From an uncultured Ignavibacteriaceae bacterium (GTDB lineage: Bacteria > Zixibacteria > MSB-5A5 > GN15 > PGXB01), in contig CAYVMO010000010.1 in NCBI GenBank assembly GCA_964452645.1, forward strand, positions 36,511-100,510: a stretch of 64,000 bases of DNA. The letters run 5' to 3'. Positions 53,829 through 62,156 of the stretch are shown in pieces; position 1 is the stretch's first letter, and every line of letters begins with the position of its first letter. Made by a program: the position numbers and the translations under genes. The notes beneath the pieces are model-generated. The model was not told the origin of the DNA. It made no database searches and saw nothing but the letters and a program-made list of their open reading frames with translations.

Positions 53829-56800
53829 TTATTTGATCAGAAGCATTCGTTTGGATTCGACTTTGCTGCCGACCGTCAGTCGATACAGATAAACGCCCGA
53901 TGCGACCTGATTCCCTCTCTGGTCGGTACTATTCCAGATAACGGAATTCATGCCGGCATCGACCGGACCGTCGACGAGCGTGCTAACCCGACGGCCGAGA
54001 ATATTATAGATTTCAAGCCTGACATTCGATTTTTGCGGAAGGAAGTATTCAATTTTCGTGGAAGGATTAAAAGGATTGGGGTAATTGCTGTACAGTTGGA
54101 CTTCAGTCGGTAAAAAGTGTTTGAATTTCGAATAATCCGGTATATAGCGGCCAACCGCGCGAATGATATACACGCGGTTCAGACCGGATTCGGGCCGCTC
54201 GGGAGTTGTGAAATTGAACTCGAAGATGTCACCTTTAACAAGCACTAATGGATCCGAATTATCAAAGGCGGCGGAAGTCTTGGTCGGATCGGTCGATTCA
54301 ACCAGTGCATGCTCCGTGACCTTGAATTCGTTAATCCGGGGTAGCTCGTTCGAAGGAACATATTGCTGGACGACGTCGGTATAATAACCGCTTTCCCATG
54401 AGATACGAATTTTAATTTCGGTCTGACCGTCGTTTGTCGGCAGAGTGCTTGTCACCATTTCCTGCGTGTGGTTGATTCGTGAGGGCACTAAGGGTCCTTC
54501 AATCCAATTACCGTAATTGTCCATGATTTCAACCTTAAATCCGGCCAGGGGAGTATTTCCATTTTCGCCGTTCTCTTTCTTCAGTCTCGGGCACAATTCC
54601 TTGTCTTTTGCCGAGAAACCGAACGTCGCGGTACTGCTTCCATTGCAGGGGAAGGTGATGATTAAGTAACCTGCATCCTCGCAGCTGTAGAAGTTGCCGT
54701 CCTCATTCAGTATTTCGGGCAGACGGTTTACTCCTTTGTCATCCACCGCCGAAACCGGCGCAATTATATCGCTGTAAAGGCCGATATCGCCATCGACAGA
54801 AACGGCTACTTTGGTGGCTGCCGAATGATCGACAGTGATAAGTTCGACATCCTGCAGATATGTTATTTCGTCTTCCATTTCACGCAGTTGGAATTTAACG
54901 ACACCATCCTGAGTTACAACCGGTTTAATTACATGGTAATAATCGGTTACCGTCTCGGTATAATTAGACTGTTCGCAGGCTGTCAAGAGCGGATTATCCT
55001 GATTGAAACTGCTTCCGTCGAAGGCATAGAGGACCGGGCAGGAAGGATTACCATGGTTTGTATAAATGTTGAAACGACTGGCCTGAGACCATGGTCCGAA
55101 GCCATAGGCGTTTTTGGCTCGTGCCTTGAAGGAATAATTTCCATCCGATAGGGACGGAGTAACTTCCCACTCGGAAATAAGCAGACCAATTCTGGATCGA
55201 GTAATCGAGCTGAAGTCTTCATCGTTATCCAGAATAACATCATAGCTTGTCGCCCCGGTGACATCTTCCCAGTCAAGGTTCGGTGTATGATCGGTGGTGC
55301 TTGAGCCATCAGTCGGGCTGACGAGAACGGGCGCCGCGGGAAGGACGTCGCTGTTGTTAAAGAGGATGACCAGGTTATTGCTTGTATATCCTCCGGTCAA
55401 GGCAAGATCATTATCATTGTCGTTGTCGAAATCGGCCGAAACGACGCCGTTGGAACCACCGCCAACATAATACTCGGAAGCTTCTCCGAAAGCACCGTTA
55501 CCGGTGTTCAGTAAAACCGACGCGGTGGTACAATTGGAGTTGGCTATGACAAGGTCAAGAGTACCGTCGCCATCGAAATCGTCGGTAGCGATAGCGTACG
55601 GTTCATTGCAGATGTCATACAAAGCAGCCGTGGCGAAAGTGCCGTCACCATTATTAAGAAGCACTGAGACATTATCGCTGGTGGTGCTGGCGACTGCCAG
55701 ATCAATATCGAAATCGCCGTCGAAATCGCCGCCGCAGATATAGTGACCTTCCGATCCGCCAGTAGAATATTCGACCGAAGCCGGGAAAGTGCCGTCACCA
55801 TTGTTAAGGAGAATCGATATATTCGAATAATCGGCGGTGGCCAGGTCGAGGTCGTTATCATTGTCAAAATCGCCGGCCACAATCGATTTGGGTGAATAAC
55901 CAATTATGGGAAATATAGCCGTATCGGTAGAGAATCCGCCATAATTGTTATAAAACAGAACGACATTATTGCCGTCATATTGCACGACTGCCATATCGGT
56001 ATCGTTATCATTGTCAAAATCGCCGGTGGCTATCGAGTACGGGTACCAGGCTCCGGTATAAAAATCATATGAGTAGTAGAAGCTGTTCCCATCATTGTAG
56101 AGTATTGAAACGTAACCACCCTGCCATTTAATGGGATTGGCCACGGCCAGATCGGGATAGCCGTTTTCATCGAAATCGGCCGACGTGATAAAGTATGGCG
56201 AGTTACCGCAGGTATAATTGCCGCCCGAGCTAAAGTTTCCGCTTCCGTCGTTTAAATAGATGGCCGCGTACTCCGGATAATATGTCGCCACGGCCAGATC
56301 GATATCACCGTCGCCGTCAAAATCATCGGCGGTTACCGATTCGGCGTTTCCCCCGTTGCTATAATATACGGGATTGCCGAATAGCGTCATGCCGGGCATG
56401 CTTACGCTTATGTATGATGTTTTGGTCTCCGAATCGGTGCCGCACAGTCCGGACACCTGAAGAGAAACATCAAAGTCGCCGTAGCTTGCGTATATGTGCG
56501 TCGGATTTTGATCAGTAGAAGTCCCGCCATCGCCGAAATTCCATGACCAGGCAACGGCATCGACGGACAGGTCGGTGAAGTTCACGGTCAGGGGTCCTTC
56601 ACCCGACGTCGGAGAAGCAGTGAAATCGGCGGTCGGGCCGCCCAGAACCTGTATGTAATCCGGTTTGGTTTCTATGTCAGAGCCACCCGGTCCGATGACT
56701 TCCAGCGAGACCGTATAATTTCCGACGTCGTAGTAAGTATAGAACGGATTGGGCGGGTCGGCTTTGCCGCCATCACCGAAATTCCACCACCATTCATCGA

Positions 56801-58859
56801 TATCACCGGTGGATTGATCGTAAAAGCTGACATACAAGGGGGAACAGCCGCATAACGGATCGGCGGAAAAATCGGCCTCGGGGGGTGAAGTAGTAATGAC
56901 CTCGATATCATCCTGGACAGTCTCTTTGTTGAAGGCCGTTACCGTTAATGTTAAATATTCGCCGCCCGGCATTTGCTGACTAATCGGGATAACGGCAATT
57001 CCATTAGCATCAGTATATTCGGATCCGTAAATTACCCCGTCATGGTACAAGGTGCAAAAGGCGCCTTCGACGCCGACGACTTCGACCTGAAACTGAGTCG
57101 CCTGGTAAAAAATCTGGGTCTCATGATTAACAGTCATCGGTCCGGGATTATCGGTTCTTACCTGCACCGACGGATCACCGAAGATATGCCAGGTATAGTA
57201 CATGTCGATACCGGTATCGCCGTTAATCTCGATCATCTTGCAGGCGCCGTTATAGCATAGACCGCCAAACGTCAATTTTGATTCGGCGATAAGCAGGTCG
57301 ATGGTTTCATCCTGGGCATACATGGGCGGGCACCAATGTTGATTTATGGAGGACATATAAACCGCTAAAGCGCCGGATGGATGTCCATTATATGTCGCGC
57401 GCAGCCATGCTTCGGCAAAACAGGTCTGTCCTCCGAAATCACCGTTGACACAGGCGACGCTGTGGATAAAGGGCAACATGTCTTGATTGGTCAGATTGTT
57501 AATATCCGTATTGGAGAAGCCGGTCGTCCACCAGCTTGTCACGGTTCCGTGCCCGCAATAATTCACGATGCCGCGCCCGCTGTTTAGTGCGGCTGAAACC
57601 TGGGATGCCGTACCGCTCGGTTCATAAATCTGGTCGACGAGAGTATAATTATAACCCAAAAGATCATTCCGAATCAGATCCATATGTTGATAATCGTACT
57701 CACCATAGTGGCCGGGGCCGCCATTGGATGCGATTCCAGTACCTTTGTGAAACCAATCAACTCCCGAAGGCGTTTTTTCATAATTAATCGTCCGCTCTAC
57801 CTGAGTTTGTACATCGGCAGAGCTTTCCGCTGAAAATCGGCCGACAAAAATATCCGGGTAGTAGTCGCTGCCTGCGAGAAGTGCATAAGTGGGATCGGAT
57901 TCACCCCCGTATGCCGACGGTGTAGCGACATACTGGGCGTCCCCGACTAACAAAAGGAAGGCCAGATCATTGGCATTATAAAACGATTGAACATAATTCT
58001 TGATGTCGGTGCTGTTGTTACCGATCGTCGATACATTAACTATCGTGGTTTTTACGCCTTTTTGATTTTTCCATTCGACAAACGGTGCCATGTCCGAAGC
58101 ATAAGGGTCATAAGTGATGATAAGCATTTCACCGATTTCATCGACCGACGTATAGCGGGTTTTATATGAATCGTAGTTGATAAACTGTCTTTCGTATAAT
58201 TGCTTAAAATCCGGGACAAGGTGAACGGCATTTCGGCTGCGGTCAAATACATTGATTTCGCCCGGACCGACATTTGTTATTTCCACCGTCACCGAATTAT
58301 AAATGCGCAAAATATTTTCGACCGGATTGCACTGAAAGGCGTAAAGCTCGACGACTGTTCCCCGATAATCCCTTAAAATAAAAGGGGGTCTGATCCTGGC
58401 CAATTCATTCGGATAAAATTCCGATTCTGTGTAGACCGGTCCGAATGTATACGGGACATCATCAGGGTTGACGGTTCTGAGCAGATTTCCCTTTGAGGGG
58501 ATTATTTTCATCCCCGGATAATCGATATAATTCGCGGATAATACATTTATCTTCATCTTGGCATTGTCAGGAATAATAATACTCCTGGAAATACGCGGTA
58601 AGGCAGGTTCTCCGGTATTCAGCGATATATACTCTTCTCCGCAGGTTACTGAATAATACTGCTGGGCGTTTATATTTACGGTTTCACGACTAAAGGCGCC
58701 GATTTCAAATCTGAGAACAGTTCGTTGATCGCTTGATTCCTCAACAAAAACCTCAACATCATCAATACCGGGGGAAATTTCTACGCGCTCGGCGTGCAGA
58801 ATACCAACGGCAAAAAAGGAAAATAAAAAAAGATTAATTAAGACGATTTTCGCTTTCAT
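53829..58859 (-). CDS. Giant secreted C25 (gingipain-like) cysteine peptidase with PKD, FG-GAP/VCBS repeats and a T9SS-type C-terminal sorting domain
   Basis: 1676 aa with a signal peptide. C25 catalytic contexts are present (YCGHGT for His, HSVACVNGDF for Cys), along with two PKD-like modules (W.FGDGG) and many DFDGDGD.DLAV FG-GAP-type repeats. The last 80 aa or so (NYPNPFNPST.I.Y.L......L.IYN..G..V..L........G......W.......SGVY.Y.L) match the T9SS CTD pattern. Confidence 0.92.
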   Translation of the reverse strand: MKAKIVLINLFLFSFFAVGILHAERVEISPGIDDVEVFVEESSDQRTVLRFEIGAFSRETVNINAQQYYSVTCGEEYISLNTGEPALPRISRSIIIPDNAKMKINVLSANYIDYPGMKIIPSKGNLLRTVNPDDVPYTFGPVYTESEFYPNELARIRPPFILRDYRGTVVELYAFQCNPVENILRIYNSVTVEITNVGPGEINVFDRSRNAVHLVPDFKQLYERQFINYDSYKTRYTSVDEIGEMLIITYDPYASDMAPFVEWKNQKGVKTTIVNVSTIGNNSTDIKNYVQSFYNANDLAFLLLVGDAQYVATPSAYGGESDPTYALLAGSDYYPDIFVGRFSAESSADVQTQVERTINYEKTPSGVDWFHKGTGIASNGGPGHYGEYDYQHMDLIRNDLLGYNYTLVDQIYEPSGTASQVSAALNSGRGIVNYCGHGTVTSWWTTGFSNTDINNLTNQDMLPFIHSVACVNGDFGGQTCFAEAWLRATYNGHPSGALAVYMSSINQHWCPPMYAQDETIDLLIAESKLTFGGLCYNGACKMIEINGDTGIDMYYTWHIFGDPSVQVRTDNPGPMTVNHETQIFYQATQFQVEVVGVEGAFCTLYHDGVIYGSEYTDANGIAVIPISQQMPGGEYLTLTVTAFNKETVQDDIEVITTSPPEADFSADPLCGCSPLYVSFYDQSTGDIDEWWWNFGDGGKADPPNPFYTYYDVGNYTVSLEVIGPGGSDIETKPDYIQVLGGPTADFTASPTSGEGPLTVNFTDLSVDAVAWSWNFGDGGTSTDQNPTHIYASYGDFDVSLQVSGLCGTDSETKTSYISVSMPGMTLFGNPVYYSNGGNAESVTADDFDGDGDIDLAVATYYPEYAAIYLNDGSGNFSSGGNYTCGNSPYFITSADFDENGYPDLAVANPIKWQGGYVSILYNDGNSFYYSYDFYTGAWYPYSIATGDFDNDNDTDMAVVQYDGNNVVLFYNNYGGFSTDTAIFPIIGYSPKSIVAGDFDNDNDLDLATADYSNISILLNNGDGTFPASVEYSTGGSEGHYICGGDFDGDFDIDLAVASTTSDNVSVLLNNGDGTFATAALYDICNEPYAIATDDFDGDGTLDLVIANSNCTTASVLLNTGNGAFGEASEYYVGGGSNGVVSADFDNDNDNDLALTGGYTSNNLVILFNNSDVLPAAPVLVSPTDGSSTTDHTPNLDWEDVTGATSYDVILDNDEDFSSITRSRIGLLISEWEVTPSLSDGNYSFKARAKNAYGFGPWSQASRFNIYTNHGNPSCPVLYAFDGSSFNQDNPLLTACEQSNYTETVTDYYHVIKPVVTQDGVVKFQLREMEDEITYLQDVELITVDHSAATKVAVSVDGDIGLYSDIIAPVSAVDDKGVNRLPEILNEDGNFYSCEDAGYLIITFPCNGSSTATFGFSAKDKELCPRLKKENGENGNTPLAGFKVEIMDNYGNWIEGPLVPSRINHTQEMVTSTLPTNDGQTEIKIRISWESGYYTDVVQQYVPSNELPRINEFKVTEHALVESTDPTKTSAAFDNSDPLVLVKGDIFEFNFTTPERPESGLNRVYIIRAVGRYIPDYSKFKHFLPTEVQLYSNYPNPFNPSTKIEYFLPQKSNVRLEIYNILGRRVSTLVDGPVDAGMNSVIWNSTDQRGNQVASGVYLYRLTVGSKVESKRMLLIK

Positions 58860-59336
58860 TTTTCTCTCCCCTTGGTTATGATTTCAAATAATTTAATAAC
58901 AATAAAATGTTTTTTTAACTATCACCCCCTTCCGCCTGAATATGGAATAGTTCCCGATTGCGGTCAAACCCAAATGATCTTAAATCATCGAACCACCTCC
59001 TTGTGACAGCGACGAAAATGTCGGAGTATAATTTTGCTAACCAGGGGATACCGTTGGCCCGCAACAGTAACTTGTTAATCACTTACGCGATGTAAAATGT
59101 GATTATATTCTTTTATAATGTTTTTTATGTAATTTGTCAAGCATCGGATTTTATTTTTTCGATATTAACTCGGTATCTAAAACGACAAAGGGCGGGAAGT
59201 ATTTTTCGCATCCTGTCAAAATACGACCCACCCTTTATGCATCTATATAAAAACGGGGTTTTTTGGATTTTTAAACTGCCATGGCTTATCCTTTATTTGC
59301 GTCCTGAAAGTATTTCATGCTCACATACCGCCTTGT

Positions 59337-60032
59337 TTAAGTGACGATTTGACCTTTCAATTTGCCCACCTCGGTGCTCAGGGATTCAAGGGCAGTGACA
59401 ACATTGCCGGGAACCCACTTAACGTCTTTCATCAGCTCCAGGCCCACTTTTTGTGATTGGTCCAGCGCTTTCGTCGAGGTACTGTCTACTTCATGGCCGA
59501 TCCAGAGGTAGGCGTTCTCCAGGTTAAGGGACGCTTCATTCAATTCCTGACCGGTAGTAAAATAGTCCTTTTTTGTCCACATTTCCTTTGCTTTGTCCAG
59601 ATGAAATTTGCCCAGGACATACTGGGCATTGCCGAACGCCTGTTCATATTCAGGGACGGGAATAAAGACCTTGGCGCGAACATCGTCGGCCAGCTTTTCC
59701 ATTTTCTTGATGGAATTATCGAGGTCAATCTTATTTTGGCCTGAGGCGCGCTGCGCCTCAAGTTTCATAATCGCCGCCGCCTTCTCGATACCGTAAATCA
59801 TGGAATCGTAGTCTTTGGATGTAAATGTAGTACGAGCCAATTGCAGGTTTTTCTGAACATCGCCATTGAAGAAATACCATATTTCATCCGCAACTGAACT
59901 GTCGGACGGCGATTTAATATTCTCCTCGGCGACCGCAATCGGCTCGTCGGCTTTCGTTTTGGCCTTACAGCCGAGCAGTACAACCGCCGCGGTTATAGGA
60001 ACCAACACTGCTATTATGTTTCGTACCGACAT
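59337..60032 (-). CDS. Lipoprotein, unknown function (helical)
   Basis: 231 aa with a lipobox VLLGC. It is predicted helical and has no recognisable motif. Confidence 0.65.
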   Translation of the reverse strand: MSVRNIIAVLVPITAAVVLLGCKAKTKADEPIAVAEENIKSPSDSSVADEIWYFFNGDVQKNLQLARTTFTSKDYDSMIYGIEKAAAIMKLEAQRASGQNKIDLDNSIKKMEKLADDVRAKVFIPVPEYEQAFGNAQYVLGKFHLDKAKEMWTKKDYFTTGQELNEASLNLENAYLWIGHEVDSTSTKALDQSQKVGLELMKDVKWVPGNVVTALESLSTEVGKLKGQIVT

Positions 60033-60094
60033 TTTGATCTCCTTTGTTTTAATATTTGCCTTCTATTCCGGATCAGTGTTAATACACAAATCCT

Positions 60095-61573
60095 TTAGAG
60101 AGAGAAGGCAATATAAAATCCGCTGCCTTGCCGGTTTATCTTTAAAAGGATAGTATCTCCCTTTTTCTTATCCGTAACCAGAGTCGCGAATTTCTGACTG
60201 GTTTGCACATCCTGGCGATCCACCTGCTCGATCAAATCACCTTCTCTTAAACCGGCCTCATAGGCACGACTGTCGGTATCGATCGAAATCACGACAACAC
60301 CTTTCATCCATTGTTCGATACCATATTTATCAGCCAGACTCTTGTCAAAGGTCTTGACGCTGAACCCAAGTTGCTGAGTATTCACTTCTGACCCGGAGGT
60401 GGTGCCGGCAATCTCCGATGGCATTTCAGCCAGCTTGGCAGTTAGGTCAATCTTTTGCGCGTCACGCATCACCGTCAGTGTTACAGAGGTGCCGGGAGTC
60501 AGAGATGATATATGATTACTGAGTTGCGAAGCATTTTGTACTTTTTCCCCGTCAATGGCAAGAATCACGTCTCCGGACTTCAATCCGGCTTTTTCGGCCG
60601 GGCTATCATGAAGCACGTCGCCGACCAGAGCTCCATATATTTCGTTGAGACCAAGAGCATGGCCGATTTGATCATTGATGTTCTGAATATTCACCCCCAG
60701 CCATCCGCGTACGACCCGTCCCTCTTTTATAAGGGAGTTCATAACATGCATGGCCAGATTCGACGGTACCGAAAAACCGAGTCCCATGTAACCGCCGGAG
60801 CGGCTGATAATGGCAGTATTAATGCCTATCAGCCTGCCGTCAAGGTCAATCAGCGGACCGCCGGAATTGCCCGGATTGATGGCCGCATCCGTCTGAATAA
60901 AGTCTTCATAGTACGTCAGCCCGACATTGGACCGACCCTTGGCACTGATTATTCCCTGCGTTACGGTGTAAGCGAGGTTTTCGCTCATAGGGCTTCCGAT
61001 TGCCAGAACAATTTCGCCGACCTGAATCGAATCGCTATTTCCGATGTCAATATAGGGAAGGTTATCGGCTTTGATTCTCAGTACCGCCACGTCGGTTTTC
61101 GGATCGGCGCCAATAACCTTGGCCACTAATCTCCGGTCGTCATACAGTCGGACATAAATACTGTCGGCATCATTAATAACGTGATTATTGGTAAGAATGT
61201 ACCCGTCGCTGCTGACAATCACTCCCGATCCCAAACCTTCCTGATGAAATTCCTTTTCCTCGGGTTGCTGGCCATTTTGCGGACCGAAAAAAAAGTCGAA
61301 AAAAGGATTCGAAGCAAAAGGCGATGCATTAACGGACAGGACACGTTCGGTCGAGACGGTCACGACGGCCGGTTTAACTTCGGCCACAATATCGATAAGG
61401 GCCTGATTTAAATCCCTGAGATTTGTAATTTGCCGTTGTTCGGCAGGTATTGATTGGCTGTGAGACTCTCCAGCATTTGTCTTACTGGCGTGCGTCATCA
61501 ACAGGGTGACACCTGTCAGAAGGATAATGTATAGAATGCCCCACGTCACTGCAGTTTTTTTTGTAAATTTCAT
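60095..61573 (-). CDS. htrA: HtrA/DegP-family serine endoprotease with two PDZ domains
   Basis: 492 aa. Triad contexts TNNHVI, DVAVL and GNSGGPL are present, followed by two PDZ-like segments. Confidence 0.93.
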   Translation of the reverse strand: MKFTKKTAVTWGILYIILLTGVTLLMTHASKTNAGESHSQSIPAEQRQITNLRDLNQALIDIVAEVKPAVVTVSTERVLSVNASPFASNPFFDFFFGPQNGQQPEEKEFHQEGLGSGVIVSSDGYILTNNHVINDADSIYVRLYDDRRLVAKVIGADPKTDVAVLRIKADNLPYIDIGNSDSIQVGEIVLAIGSPMSENLAYTVTQGIISAKGRSNVGLTYYEDFIQTDAAINPGNSGGPLIDLDGRLIGINTAIISRSGGYMGLGFSVPSNLAMHVMNSLIKEGRVVRGWLGVNIQNINDQIGHALGLNEIYGALVGDVLHDSPAEKAGLKSGDVILAIDGEKVQNASQLSNHISSLTPGTSVTLTVMRDAQKIDLTAKLAEMPSEIAGTTSGSEVNTQQLGFSVKTFDKSLADKYGIEQWMKGVVVISIDTDSRAYEAGLREGDLIEQVDRQDVQTSQKFATLVTDKKKGDTILLKINRQGSGFYIAFSL

Positions 61574-61680
61574 TAGATTTACCTCCTTGCTTGCTATATA
61601 AGTCTTATCCGGTTTTGCGCACGGGGATAGCCCGCAGGGGGCTATCTCCGTGGTTCATTAACGGCGTCACCGAGAAGATT

Positions 61681-62103
61681 TCATTTGTTCCCCGCCGTTA
61701 CTTTACTCGTTTCTTTCATCATGCCGTTCATTTGTATCGACGACATCATGTTTTTAATCATGCCTTCCTGCTCCATCATATCCTTGTGCATGTTCTGCAT
61801 CATGTCCTGGTGCTTTTTCATCTCCGCTTTCAACATATCCATGTCAGTAATCTTCATCATCGTATTGAAATGCGATTCAAGCTTGTTGAAATCATTGATG
61901 GCCGTATCGTTTTGACCGGATAAATCCTTCATCATCGGCATAATGTTTGACCCCATCATCGCTGATGGCTGTGATGTAGTGTCAGCCTTGCCCATAGGCA
62001 TGTTACCATGGCTGCCGCCCATCGTCATCTGCGCGGTTCCAAACGAAGGAAGCGCAAATGCCAGGAAGAGGGTTAAAGTTAAAATATGAATTGAGTGTTT
62101 CAT
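61681..62103 (-). CDS. Secreted methionine-rich protein (possible periplasmic metal-binding protein)
   Basis: Tandem ATG codons at 62106 and 62103 follow AAGGAGGA. A signal peptide is present (ILTLTLFLAFALPSFGTA). The mature part is extremely Met-rich, with MxM, MM and H motifs (MGGSHGNMPMG, MMGSNIMPMM, HQDMMQNMHKDMM). Confidence 0.7.
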   Translation of the reverse strand: MKHSIHILTLTLFLAFALPSFGTAQMTMGGSHGNMPMGKADTTSQPSAMMGSNIMPMMKDLSGQNDTAINDFNKLESHFNTMMKITDMDMLKAEMKKHQDMMQNMHKDMMEQEGMIKNMMSSIQMNGMMKETSKVTAGNK

Positions 62104-62156
62104 CATTTCCTCCTTTTTTGTTTGTTTTATTTCCATTTACATCCGTCGCGAATTAA

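Noticed and set aside
61621-61651. 13-bp GC-rich hairpin between the Met-rich gene and htrA
   Set aside because: It has no flanking T-run on either strand, so it was not called as a terminator. It could be an RNA-processing or stability element, but nothing more can be supported.
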